The notes under the pieces: generated by a model
The model's input: only the letters and a program-made list of their open reading frames with translations
What the model was told of the DNA's origin: nothing
Database searches by the model: none
From: Tubulanus polymorphus
Taxonomy: Eukaryota > Animalia > Nemertea
NCBI RefSeq assembly: GCF_964204645.1
Contig: NC_134028.1
Coordinates: 7,316,001 to 7,380,000, forward strand
Direction: 5' to 3'
DNA: 64,000 bases
Translations under genes and position numbers: made by a program
In this document: positions 41,026-55,554 of the stretch, in pieces
Layout of the letters: each line of letters begins with the position of its first letter
Numbering within the stretch: the first letter of the stretch is position 1

Positions 41026-42598
41026 TCAGCAGGGAGGAGAAATGATAAACGAGTTTGTGTGCTTTGAACATTGCGTAACAGAACAAATAGATCAGGCGCG
41101 TTTTTGTTTAGAAAATGATTATAATACACGCGACAAAATAATAAACTAAACATTTCATAATATAAACAGAAATATAAAACGAAAATATGTCTGAAAAAGA
41201 ATAGAATTACGAACACATTTGATAATAATCGTAAATAAATAATCCAGTGATAAATATCTAGGACCTGTTCCAGTGTATTTGTATTCTTTAAAGTACTAGG
41301 TGAAACTGCTGAAAACTTTGAGCGAACACAACACATATCTGAAACTCTTAATTCAAACACTAATCTTTTAATTACTGACATGAGTACTTAATCAGAATTT
41401 GTTTTGAAGTGAGAAAAAATAAATGTGCATTACAGTATCTTAAATTCATTACCGGTATATCATTAAGAATGCATTGAAAAATGGAAACATGGTTTCATTT
41501 CTTATTAACAGTTGTGTCCAACCCAGTCAACAAAACAGAATTTTGTTCATAGCTATCATAAACACAAAACCAACTGATCACTGGTAAAAGTGAGACGGTT
41601 TGAAATGAATATGACCTTATAATGATTACAAAATAAGATTCATTTTTGAATTTTTGCGCTAAAAAAATCACATCACAGCATACAGTCACAAGTAGCGGGT
41701 TTAGGAAAAGTTCGTTGGAATCCAGTAAGAAAGAAAATACTAAGACTCGGTAACACTGACATTCAAAATGCGGAATTAATCTGTTTCCATCCCACAAACC
41801 GATGAGCCCCACCCAGGCTATTATTCGCAGGATTGAGAAGTTTCTTTTCAAAAAGTTTTTAAGAAGATTAAGGGGGTCGAGTCTAAAAGGCAGTATTCTT
41901 CAACCAAGAAACTTTGTCATTACCGAGATTCGAACCCATGAACAACAAATTTACAGGATACGTACGTACGTGAACACCTGACGAATTAAGCCACTACGGC
42001 TCTCAAATTAAATCAGTATTACTCACGATCTAAATGGTAACCTTTACAAATATCAGGATTTTCCGCTAGTTGGCAGCTCAGAGCTTGTTCATGGTAAATA
42101 AAATAAAGTTAGCCGAGGCTTATTCGAAAGAAAAAGGGGTAACTTTTAGCACATAACCTAGAAATGAAACCGTCTGGTTTTCAAAGTGAAAAATTGCATA
42201 GAAATAAATAAATAAATGGATGCGGGTACATAAATAAATAGAATCTAACGAATAAATATCACGCTTGGATTGACAAATGTAATAATGATGATATCATGAA
42301 TGATTTAATAACGAGAACCAAGAATCAAACCCCCCAAAAAAAGGCAGCCACTTAACACGGAACGACATTAATTGACATAAGTGAAAGCATAAAACATAGC
42401 GATAATTCGTGATAGCATGATACAGGGAGCTGCTTATTATATTTAGGCGATATTTTGATCAAATATTTTGCACATTCAACGCAGCGTTTGTAAGACCTAT
42501 ACATGTATACAGACTGTTCACCACCAAATTCTCATATAGTTTCAGTATATATACAGAATCACAGAAATTCTAGCGTGAAGTTTTTCGGGGGAGAGATC

Positions 42599-45500
42599 TC
42601 ACTTCTGTTCACCGCCAGTCTCCGCGGCGACGTCCGTTCCGACCTCAACGGCGACCTTGTCCGTCGGCGATTTGTTATTTTCGATCGACGCCACGGAATC
42701 GGTCGTTTCGGAATGTGCCACGTCGCCGTTCAACTGCGGCGCCGTCTTGTCGCCGTCCTCGTACAGCTTTCGTTTCGGCTTCAATTTGGCCTTCGCAATT
42801 TTATCAGCAGTTGATTTCGTATCGGATAATATTTGCATATGATGTTTGTAAATTTCTTCGGTACTTTCAATTTTACCTAAAAGCATACACATTTCCGATT
42901 GAGGTAAGTCGCCGCGCTTTGCAGATCAATGGAAATTGTAGAATATATAAGCTACTACAGACTTACCTGATTGTAAATTGAAGGTTCTTCCTTTCGATGT
43001 ATCTTTAGGGGGTGGTGACAACCAACTAACTATTGACCCGACTAAAGGCACTTGACGTAACAAACCCTAAAATACCGTAATATGATATCAATAGATGAAT
43101 GCGTGAAATGCTATTTCTAGACAGAAATGTACATACGGTATGCTACACATGTATCATTTTCAAAAAATTATGGCAAATATTCAACATTCTCCAATGGTGG
43201 CCACTTTTGACTTGCTTATTCCCCTACTATTCCCTGACATACATGTTGTTTTCCCTGACTCGATCTGCTAAGAATCGATCCAATTAACACAGTGAAATAC
43301 GCAAGATATAGATGGAAACTGTTTAATTTTACGCGCAATCTCAATAAATTTCCCTGACTTTTAGCCGTTAAAACTCCCTGGCTATTTTAAAGAAAAGAAA
43401 ATTCCCTGACTCCCCTGAATTCCTCCGACAGGGATCCGAGCCAGATGCTGATTAGTATCGAGATTCAGCAACAGTATGAAACCCAGCAAAATCTTTGTAA
43501 GGTTGGACAGGTCTTTCAGACTACTGCCATCCCTACGAGGGAGGATGGGTTTAATAAGGTCAAGTCTCACAACGTCGATATCAGATATGAATCCCTGCGA
43601 GGGAGGATGACACTCTTACCTCTTGTAACAACTTGTCCTCTTGTTCTTTTTCTAAATCTTTATTCGCTTCTTCGATTCCTTTTTTGATCATTTCCGTCAT
43701 TTTTTCTAACGCCTAAAAATCGAATCGAAAAAAAAAACAAAACGTAACAAAATCGGATATCATCAAAATTTTCGACCGCGAAATTCATTCTGTTCAAAAT
43801 GAATGACAGATATAAAGCTTACCTTTGAGGATTCTTCGACTTTTTTGCCGATGCTACAAACTAAAGCAACCAATTCCTCTACGTCGGTAGCCGGCGTGAT
43901 GAGTCCAAACCGAATGCATTTCAAACCATCGGAACTGATACCTAGCGACAAAAAACAAAAATCTTTTCACAGCACCGATGAAATCAGTACCATTTCAACT
44001 AAGAACTTGGAATAACCGAATAAGAATGGATTTTAGAAGGATTCTTGAAGGAATCAAGGAGTGTTAGGGACCCTGGAGTCAAACTCAACAGACCAGAAAT
44101 GTGGCAATTGATCCCAATTATCAGATATTTTTTACAATAGAGCGATCTGATATGCCCTTACCTAGACAGAAGGCATTATCGTTTGACTGCAACTCGGTCA
44201 GTAAGTCATGGTTTAGGGAGTTGATTTCCTGAACACCGTGGCTCGGTAAATTATCAATTAACGGCGTCCACTCATTTGGAATGTACCTAAATAACGGATG
44301 AATACATACACAGAGAAATTGATTAGCAGACACGATTTCACCGGGTTATTGATTTCTTATACAGTGTTCCTACAGATCAGTCATTCCAGAATTCATGGAC
44401 TTTTCAAGAAGAAAATCTAAAATTTCGAGGAGCGTATGCATGGCTTTCATATCTCAAGTACAGTTAGACTCCTCCTAATTCGGTACTGTTTATCTCAGTA
44501 AACCATTTAATTCAGTGGACTCTGTGTGTATAATAACTTGGCCTAAAACCTAAAAATTTTCTAATTGCCAATTTCTCAAAATTCAAGGGCCCGGTTTCAT
44601 AGAGTGAGTATCAAAGTTATCCCTAGGGGTAAATCTTCAATTTGGGTGACAACCACCATAGAAACAATGAGAAACCATGGTTATAACTGACAAATTTCAA
44701 AATGTTCCCAGGGATTATCTTTCTTCCACCTCTATGAAACCCAGCCAAGGAGTTTTCAAGGACTTTTGGGCATTTTGCTCAAATTCAAGGACCTTGAAAT
44801 ATATTTTTGGTTTCAAGGAATCAAGGAGTTGTAGGGACCCTATTATAAAACACCTTTTGCGGTACACGAGTCGCATTCAGCGGACTCCACTCAAAGTCAG
44901 ATCTTAATGAACTGCGAAAATTCGGTACTTACTGAATAGCCCCGAGTCCGGCCCAATCCGGCAAATCGACAACTCTCACGTTGTCGTGACCGGCGACGAT
45001 TTGGTGGAAATTTTCGCGTTCGCGCAAAGTAGCGTCGAGAATTTCCTGCAAGTCAAAATACGCGCAGATTTTATCGACTAACTGGAACCGGCAATTTCGG
45101 CACAGTAACTATAATGAAAACTCGGTTTTTGTTTCGGATTTAAGCCCGGGTACTTACGATTTGATGATGAAAACATTTCACGAAGTCTAAAATATGATCT
45201 TTCGTTGTTCCATTGGCTGAAAAATTTTGAAAAAGACACTCAATATCTATTTGTAAACACTGATTACGTACGTGCTCTCAGGTGACCGGTTCTAATGTTG
45301 TTTTCCTTACCTTGTACTGTTTCTAATGAAGCGAATCGTAAACAAATTCCGACGTTTTCTACATCGACGGCCGTTAAATTTACATTCGCGTTTTCGCGGT
45401 TTAACGTATCGACTAACTGTAAAAACAATTCAATAATTATTCAATTCTGGAGAGCTACGAAGGTGGCATCAAAATTCACTATTCCCAGCTGGCATCGAGA

Positions 45501-48500
45501 CTCAGCCCCAGAGACCCCCGCCCTAATGCACTCAGCGTGCAGCCAGCAATACTTGGAGCCAAATTGGAAACCACATTTCAATTTAGTATTGGTTATTTTT
45601 TTCATTCCTACTGAAATTCCTACCTATTTTTTTCATTCCTAATGAATTTGATTACACATGTACAAAAGACAATCTGATTGGCACTGAATGGCAACTTATC
45701 GGCAGCTCAGCTGTGCACTGGGTCTACTCCGGCAGGGATTAGATGCCATCAGGTTTGAAAAGCTGCCAGGGGAGGCCGCAATATCAAACGATTAATACAT
45801 ACATACCCATCTATTCAATGCATTGTAATATCGCGATAAATGCTGATCATCAACGATGGCAGAATTCTGACCATCTGCAAATGAAAAATACCGCCGAGCA
45901 TAATAGAAGAATATGTTAAAATACGATTCAAAGTGCTATCGAAAAAGTAATTCATTTACCTGATTTGGTGACATGTTTTCTATACCTGAACACGACAGTC
46001 GGACTGGCGATCTCAAACACTCTCTAAAATCAACAAAGCGAATGTTAATCCAACCACGCAGGACCCACTTTCGCGCGAGCTAAATATTTTGTAACAACTT
46101 ACAAGTGCATTGACGGCTTTCGCGATCAGAGAAGTGAATGTCATTTCATCATCGTCCGAGTCTTTCAAATCGTCCGGTTTTTCCAATTTACCTTTCTGTA
46201 AAACATCATCACAACGGACCCTTCACAAACTATCTCTTTACAATGATGTTAGAAGTATTATGCTATCTATCCTTCTTTTTAAATTTGCTGTGTCATAAAC
46301 ATTTGATCTTTACTTTTGTAAATGAAACAAATTTGTTCCAGTGAAATTCAAATATAACTAATTTTATTAAGAACAGGCTATACTGAACTGATAACCAGCT
46401 GCTATCATATTGGCTTTTGTTCTGGACTACAGCAGATTTGCTGTTAAAACCAGGCACCCATAAGCAAGGAAGATTCACTACCTGCCACTTATTATCCACG
46501 ATTTTGATCAGACACTTACCAATATTTCGATGGTCGGAATCCAACGCAATTTCTCTACTAAGATGGCAGCCTGAAATTTTCAAAAATATCTCACTGATCA
46601 ACATCACTCATCAAGCCTCAGCCGGTAGTTTGTTGCGCTATCCCCGTACTCCCACATATCTTGCGCGATCAAGGTTTCTTTCTTGATATCAAAATAGGCA
46701 TTATCCCCCTTATTTATTTGATTGGTTTAGATTTGGATTGATTTGCTTTGATTTGGTGTCTCTTACAAACCCACCACACCCGCCAGGAGCGAAACAGGGC
46801 ATTTGATTTTGGACTTAGGAATTGAAGTACAGACGTAGTTGTGTTCAGCGGATGAATTTATAGAATTTTTCATTTAAATCTAAATAGATAGTTGGAAATT
46901 TCTGCTCCGGTTCTCGTAAAACAATCTTCCAATGAACCTGAACCGGCAACAGACTGGTCGGGGTTAACTTAGTTCGAAAGAATCTTACCAGTTCTATACA
47001 GTGTTTGATTCGCTCAACGATTCCTTCGTGTCCGATTGTTTGTAAACAAACCCACAACGGAATGCAATCTAATTTGTTCTTGATCGTGTAGGACGAGAGA
47101 CCGGCCAAATGAACGTTCGCCGCGTCTGTTTGTCGGAAAATCGTCTGCAATGCTCGATTAAGGATCAATTCTAACTGGTTTACTCTGGAATCTTTATTCG
47201 ATTGTCTCCGGGATCAGTGAATAATTTCAAAACCTCATTCAGAAATAATACAGCGGCAGTGTTCTCTACAAGTGTTTTAGAGAGGCGGCTAACCCTAACA
47301 CCCCTTTCATTTTTACATCCCCCCTCTGAGAATTAGGGTCACCCCTTGTATCTGCTGCTCATACCAGAGTGGAAGTCAATATTCCATCTATGCCAATAAC
47401 TGCTTTGAAATATATCGAGCTTATGCGATTAAAAGAAAATTACCGGTACACCAAAATAAAGCTTCATTGTCTGTATTTTTTGGGGGATCGAAAGCCTTGC
47501 TCCTTCAGCAGCCATGATGTCATACACTTAACAATCTATGCAGCCCCTTTAAAATTCAAGCATATGGAAAATACTGGGTAGTGTACAGTGATTTTCACCG
47601 TGGTCCTATGGCTTTGCCTTGACTTGAGCTACGGTAATCTCATATATCAAAACAACATATATTTTTGTTAAAAACGGCTCTATATTGTTTCAGGCCTCAG
47701 CCCAAAGATCATTATTGCAATTTTAAGTAAAAGTTAAGATGTACAGATGACAACGGCTATCCCCATAAACCATAGGCTCAGCTGACCTTGAGTCACAGTG
47801 GAGCTAAAAACAGGACAATGTGTGTATGGTCTAGTTTAAAGAAACTGATTTAAAGTTAAAATAATGCCAGAAGCTTCGAGTGATTTATCGATTCTAAGCA
47901 GACTGAAACCAATCAATCGCTTCAGCCCGTGATATCTATCTGACATCTACATAGAATAACAATAAAAGGATACAGCATATGGAATAGCCGGCAACGAAAG
48001 CCAGGTTCCCAGATGAACAGTCATACTGTCACAAGTAGCAGCTGGCATGACAGCTGTCGGCACAGAGAACCAAGTCAAAGTAGCTAATGTATTCCTGAAA
48101 CGAAAGTGTTTGAACAATTGTACTTTTGCACAGATATCAAGTTATCATTCACAGCTCCTTCAACTTCGAATTTTCATAAGTAGCAGAGAAATATCGTCGA
48201 ATTCGGACATGTACGCCTGCTTAAAAGCCTAGCGATCGATAAGCACTGCCGCAAACCTTGGAACAGTGTCATTGAGATATCAAAGAAAATGCCAAAAATA
48301 ATCATTATATTGGGAGGGTATGACTCATAGTAACAATTTTCTAATATACTTGAGAACATATTCCAAGATCAAGGTAACAAATATCGAAAATCAGGAAGGG
48401 TTCCGGTTCTAAGTTCACGGGGCTGGGGTTGAGAACCACGACACTTACCCTTCTAAATGCAACCAAATGTTATGTGTTTTGCAAACGTCTTGTAAAACCT

Positions 48501-51500
48501 TAATACGGTCGACATCACCTATTACCGGCGTACCTGCGGATAAAATGCGAATTCGAAAGGTGAATTTCGGAAAAAAGCTAGTCTTCTTAATAAACGTGTT
48601 TCATCACGATACTCACCGACGCAAGCTATGAGTAACGAAGGAATTCTGCCCGAGTTTTTATCATCGGCGATTTGTTTGTTCAAGAAGTCGATATCCTGAC
48701 GAAATAAACAAGAAAAACGTATAAAACGCGTGTAAATGTACAACGCTACCCGGTAACACGAGATGAAATCAGAGTGCGTCTGCTAGTTCTAACTGCGTAA
48801 ATGCGTAACTTTGCACGACTTAAAAATTAGAAACATTAGCAATATTGCGCAAATTACGTAAATCATACAGTTTAGTTACTGGTCAAAAGTGATGAGTGAA
48901 TGCAAGGGTTAAAGTTCAAACTCTACGCACCGAGAAGAATCCGCTTAATTCAGATCATTCGGAACCAACAAAATTCATCCAGTTCATGGGAAATCCGGAT
49001 TAGAAGTCATTTTTTAGTATATTAATGAACAAATGGACTGCAGATATTGACTGTATATACAACCTACACAAATGTGAACCCAGGCGACGCATAGGTTTCA
49101 ACAGCGAAATCTTGTCACACCGACTTTCGAAATACGTTGAAAGCCGATTGCAAATATAATGGCTGCTACCATTTTGAGAGTTTGCTTAAAATCTCATCCA
49201 GCCAGTTAAACACCTGTCTCATACTTTACACAAAATATACTTCTTACAAGACTTCATAATTGTATTAATAGTAATTTCATCGAAGGAGAATACAAAGAAA
49301 CGCTTGATTATAGAGGCATGAATGGAAGGCATATGGTGTTTTCGTATGGATTCAATATATACGAACTCGATGATCGCTCGAGTTGAAATCAATGAACAGC
49401 AGTGCGTACATTGTGATTGAGAGCTGTTGAGGGTAATAAAATACAAACGGGTCAAATTGCACACGATTGATATACAGTGGATACTCTGTATAGTAGAGAG
49501 TATATACTCTGTTATATTGATTGAACTCGAATCAGATAATAATGATTTATCGGATATAACAAACTGAGAATTCCGTCCAAAGTAAGACAACTTGATTGAT
49601 TTCATACTGAATATAGAATAGTCAGTTATTTCTGTTTCCCCTTACGTTTGTTGTATTAAACGAGGCTTCAACATGGCAGTAGTACGTACCATTTTTTGTT
49701 GATGATCCGAAGTTGGTTTTCCGGGCACAACGCACAGACACGACAACGGTAATCCGAGCTGGAATAACAACAAAAGGATTTTTTCAATTATCTACAGAAG
49801 CAAGTCTGGGAAAATTCTTTTCGCCTGCACAAATAAGCAAATAAGATATGACTTGAGAAGTTACGGGTAATAACAATTCATTCTTAACAGTCTGGCCATG
49901 ATGAATTTGAATGTACTGGTAGACGGCTTGAACGGACCTCTAAGATTCTGATTACACCAAAACTGTGTTGACCTCAGTGCGTGAGAATCGTTCATTGTAA
50001 TCAATCCTTGACCTGCACAAAACTTCTTTGAACAAATGGACATACCAGTAGGTGTATACAGGACACAGAGATCAATGTAAGACAATTTCATGGAGCAGCA
50101 GCGTATAATACGATAGTACAATAATTGTATCGTAACAGACTCAATAGAACTTTGATAACGAATTGCAAGTACGTGAAACAGCCCGCTTAGTCGCCAGACC
50201 CAACAGTTATTCAAAGAATCTGAAAACCTGAAAAATACCTGTGAACAGAGATGTTGCCCAATGCCTGGATATGCTGCGGCTGAGATATAAATGACCGGAG
50301 GCTGCGAATAGAGCGCTTCGAATCCAGTCGTCGCGTATTTCGGATAATTGTGATGAAGAGCCAATCGGCAAACTCGAACGAGTCCTTCGCTTTCGTCGCA
50401 CGAGAAATAAGCAGACGAATCTTTAAACCTAATAAACAAAAAATACGCTAATATCGACAGATGTCTATAAACTGAAAATTGTTAGATATATGGTTCTGAA
50501 GTATAATAGCTAAACACAGTTATATATGGGTTCTACTCGAAGAACTTTTTTGCTCCTGCGCATACTAAGGTATGTTTAGGAATAAAAAGGTCCAACCAAG
50601 ATTCAAGTTTACTCAAAACATCAAGGGCAAATCGCATAGTCTGGCTTTACCAACTCAGGGGCGGATACATGGGGTGTTGTGCCCTTTTTCATTTTGTCAA
50701 CAAAGATAAATGGTGTGTTTAAGTGCAGATGTACACCTAACGTTGCCTTTTTGGACATCAATGTGTTCAAGTTCACTTTGATGTCCAAAATCGGCCTCTG
50801 AATCCGCCATTGCAATGTGGGCCCGGAAGTTAACTCAATTGACCAAAAGCTGATATGATGAAAGTTGAGTTGAACCCATAGTCAAGGAGGCTTAAAGTTC
50901 ATTCAGGCAGATACTTTCACCCTTAATCGGCCACAATTTTGGACCAAATGAGAAGTTATACCCATTCAGAGTTAAGTATCTTAAGTATTAGGGGTCTTTT
51001 CTTTAGCGATTCACTTCAAATGACGATTTACCTAAATAATCTCGACATCCATAGTTTCGTATCGGACAGAATGCGCGTGCTTAGTTTCTGTAAATGGTTC
51101 TCGTTTAACATGGATATATACGCGCCGATTGTGTGAGATACGACCGCTACTTCGGCGTCTTCGTCCATCTTCTTGAATAACGTTTTTCTGTAAAAAAATT
51201 CAGTATTCGATATTCATTAATCTATCAATCAATCAGCTCTCTGGACAATTAGTTAATAAACAGGTTCCATCAGGGGGTAGGTTTTTTTCTGATCTATAAG
51301 GCAGTTGTTCCGAAGATTTAGCTGAATTAACCTATTTCTGACAGAAGTTTGTTGCCACAATCATTCTTTCCAGTCGCTACAAGTTATCTCATCGACGGAA
51401 GGGCTCACCATCGAGGATGAAACAGTTTGATTACTACACGCTGACCACCGATAAAGGAACTACCTGATTGTTATCTCGGAAATATATAACATTGAGGACC

Positions 51501-54500
51501 GATTTGTTTATTTTCTCTCCCTAGAAATCCGGGAGAGGCAGCCATTTTGTCCCGTGATCTCTCCGCAATCACACCGGCCGGCAGATAGGAGCGAATGGAC
51601 TCTCCGAACTCTCTACAAATAGTCACCTGATCAATGAAATAGAATGGAAATGGAGCGTTCGGATCAACGGTACTGCATTAACGAATCGGCCCTGAATGAT
51701 CAGCTATGAAAATATATCTCATGGTAGTTGTGGCGGAAAACGAGATATCTAATAATGGCAATGATCGTGACAGAAATTTATATGACAAATATTTCAAAAA
51801 CAAAAATATATTCACAAATAGGGGGAGCCATCATTGGATCGAGACAAACACCGACAACATAACTACGACTGGACAGGGCTCAGTGGTGAACTCACACTAA
51901 TTTTGCGCCGGTATTCTCTTTATCGCTGTAATTTTCATAGACGATCAAATCTTCTAAATGTCGCAGGATGTCGCCGACGGTTTTTCCCCTGAAAAAAAAA
52001 AAAACGACACGATTCAATTTTCTCTTCGATAGAGGATCATGTTTAACGGCACGATATGTTAGAAAATTCATTGATCGAATAGTCATTTTGAATCCACTAT
52101 ATCAAACACCAGGACCTAGGAATTCAGCATAGCACGTTTTGGAACGAATTACAATAACAATTGAAAACCATCCAAGACTAAACTTACATACACCGCCGTA
52201 TGCAAATTAACAAATGTCAACAATACCAACAATTTTATAAAAATTCCAAGATAGTGAATGTGCCATTCTACCATTAGTACCTACGCTAGTATAATTGAGT
52301 ACTCAGCAGACTGATTCATCATCAATCAAGGCCGCGACATAATGAATATGTCAAAAATTTGGTCATGAGTCACAATAGCCAACAACTAAATATTGAACTT
52401 ACTTTCCTTGTAAGGGTCCCGGTATATGTTGACTGCGCTCCGATTGATGCATCTCCGCACGTTCCTGATCCCATTTCCTTCAAATACCGAGAACATACAA
52501 ATCAAGCTCTGGCTTTAACCACGCCTATTGAGAAGGGCAAGTCTAAATAGGGCAGGGCTAGGAATTCAATGAGGTCCGTGCCAATGGTTCTACTATTCCT
52601 CAGTTGACTAATACTTTGGGAAATCCCAGCATCGGTTCCACACAACAATACAATACAATAGAACTTTATTGAACTCTAAGATTTTACAATAAAAAACATT
52701 CGAGTATGAAATCAATTAAGTCTAAATGTCTGTACTTAATTGACTTATGCTCGAAAATGGTTTTGAGTCAATGAGGAAACCAGTGGCATCCATATCAATT
52801 AGGAAAACTCTAGATTAAAAGCTACTTCTCTTTCAAAATTGAGCTGCCACCTAGATCTTTAGCCCCTCATATCAGAAATTTCGCAAATCATGCCCAATCA
52901 GAAATACCCGTATAGATCGATCTTTGGGTTTCACATATTTCTAATCGATCGAGAAATTATGGATCGATTTTAACTGAACCAGAGAAGAAATCGGGCTTCG
53001 TTCTCCTGCCTGATGCACACTAGAAAACTGCTGGATCCTCACTCGCCAGGAGCAGGATCCTCGATTGCTACACAGCTGAACATTCTTTCAGTGCGGTGCA
53101 TAAGTCGGTGAGGAACTTTGCTAGTACACCACATTGTGCAATATTTATTGATGTACTTAGTAACTTATTGAAAGATGGCACAAACTATAAAATACGTGTG
53201 TTGAAATATTGGTAAGGATACACGCAACGTAGTGTAGATGCAATAAAGCCGTATGCCCATTAAACAATGAACTGGGGTTGAAGTTTTCAAAATTTTCTTT
53301 TCATTTCCGGCACTCTAAGGGTAACAATAAAACAGCACAGAAAGGGTAAAGTTATATTGCATCGTAATCGAATTGTAATGGCTTACTGTTGGATATTGTT
53401 CAGCATCGATATGTTTTTTCTTGCTTGTTTTTCCACTTGTTTCATCATCGGATCAGCCATAAACAACTGAAAAAATACATACATTTCAACTTTATCACAG
53501 GCATGTATTATCTGACTGAGACAAGCCATTATACGTGTCGTTCTGAAAAACTAAGGCTTTTAAAGCGGATATTTTGCCAACACGGCATTATTTGAGTTAT
53601 CGTTATTTTGCGTAATTGCGCATTCTGATTGTTAACTGACAGAACTTATAACAAACCCTCAACCTAAACCTCTTATTAACCCTGTTCCTAACCCTTAAAT
53701 CTTAGACCTACCAGGATCGTTATTCAAAAACATTTCAAACATTTAAAAATCGTAGGTCTATATGTATTTTATGGGCGTTTACAAGAATAATGCCATTTGC
53801 GAGAAAATATCCACTTCCATTATCTTCCTAAACAAACTGATTTAGGCCTAATAGCTAACACATACAAAAAATTGACACGTTATGAATGGCGGATATCAAT
53901 AATTTATCATAAATTGTCACCACTGATCTGACAACCACCTTTCCAGTTGTTATTTTTCTGACTATGACTTTTTTATCAACTATCACCAACAATACAAAAA
54001 GAATACTTTATGCATTTTTGCTATTGTGGATAGGTCATGATAACAGTACTTTAGTAACAAGTTTATTAGTCAACAAAATTGCAACAGTTTGTACATGGAT
54101 TAAGATCGTCAGGTGAGGTTTTATAGGTATCAAATAAACTACGAATCTGTTGCGCGTTGATCACAACAAAAATTAGACGGATATCTTAAGAGACAATGAA
54201 ATGCTAGGCAAATTACTCGTCAGTCAAATTGGCTGACGAAGATTGCATACAAAAATGACCTTCCCATTCCTGACTGTGGTTTGTGAAGAAAATATCCGAT
54301 TGTGAAACTAAATCAGTCAGAGTCAGGTTACTGACTAGTATAGTGTAGGCCTACGTCGTCTCATTCAATCAAAACTTACATCTCTCATTTTCGCTTGTTT
54401 ATCCAATGCGTCAGATTGATTAGCTGCCCCGCAACGACCCGATTGGTCATGATCTGATTTATTCGTGTCCGAACTAGTCGAAGTTCTACTCGTCGTCCGG

Positions 54501-54721
54501 CGTCGAGGAGGAACTGCCACTGAAGCCGGGTCGCTTTCGCCGGTTACGGGGCCGTTATCATTCGCTTTCGGCCTCTCGGTTTTCTTACTGTTCACCTCAG
54601 CGTCGGCGCTGACATTTTGACCGAGCTCTATGTTCATTTTGTTGTCGATCTGCTCGTTTTGCGGCGAAATTACACTCTTTTTTACATCATCGCGACTCGA
54701 AGCGTCATCGACGGCGGCCAT
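42599..54721 (-). CDS. PDXDC1: Pyridoxal-dependent decarboxylase domain-containing protein 1 (~904 aa); 23 exons: 54380-54721, 53387-53466, 52403-52477, 51896-51988, 51032-51187, 50239-50428, 49690-49758, 48617-48695, 48449-48533, 47974-48094, 46989-47144, 46520-46570, 46103-46195, 45960-46023, 45807-45874, 45311-45416, 45158-45216, 44933-45045, 44162-44286, 43823-43941, 43620-43712, 42967-43066, 42599-42876
   Basis: HIPGPLQG, EGLVRVCRLALH, PVIYISAAAYPGIGQHLCSQLGLP, IWLHLEG, CDSMT, GLLRQVPLVGSIVSWLSP and KGRTFNLQSGKIESTEEIY match human PDXDC1 as I recall it. 2715 nt in frame; all introns GT-AG. Confidence 0.93.
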
Positions 54722-55554
54722 ATTTGAATCATCGACACGCAAAAGGTTGAAAGCCTGTTTTGGTCGATGGCGAGTGACGTCACTAGTACAAATTCCGAGC
54801 GGTTCGAATCCCACAATACGCCAAAATCACTACGGCCGCTCTGAGCGCACATCGCATTTCAACGTTGCCGTTTAATAATTGTAAAATAACTAATAATAGT
54901 TTAAGTTTTATAAGGGTTAGAAGTACATTGTATTTACTGCTAGTGTATGTATATATCATGTACGGTTGCGAGAAATCCCTGCCCTGGTTAAACAGTAAGT
55001 CCACTAAATCTTTAAATTTTAAGTTGTTTAATGAAACTATTATTGTTTTAAATTGTTAAAACTGCAAACTATGGTTGTCGAAGATGCACCTTCTTCACAT
55101 CCTTTGAAATCCTGGATAGCATCGCTGTCGGCAAAGACCTTCAGGTCTGTCTTCAACGGCACATCGCTTTGGAACAAGCGACTACTGTGTTATCAAATCT
55201 GAACTAGGTAAAAAAATGTTCCCCAAAAATAAAGACAAGTAAACGGATTAATTTGAGGTTTGAATGTTTTTGTTTATTTGTTGGTTCAAATCGAACCCTC
55301 GTCATCCTGATCTCCATAAATCTAAGAAAAGTATTCGCACACTTAAAACAATAAAATACGAGCAATAAGCAATAACATCAGACTGGAGTAAGTAACTTTA
55401 CTTAATTCACAGATACAATCCTACACAAAACAATAGCTATTCAGTGGCGGATCCACCCCTCTATTTTTACCGATGTAGCCGCAAATCTATGCGTTACTGA
55501 GTAAAAACCGAATGAAATGCTGGATCCGCCCCTGAGTGCAGACAAAATGATCGA

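Noticed and set aside
40030-42000. tRNA genes at the B-box matches (40085, ~41925; also ~38410)
   Set aside because: No full cloverleaf could be folded by eye; more consistent with SINE heads or isolated B-boxes. tRNAscan-SE would settle it.
47974-48094. PDXDC1 lacks the PLP-binding lysine (HLGTW where group II decarboxylases have HKW)
   Set aside because: As I recall, human PDXDC1 also lacks it at this position, so it is a family trait and not novel.
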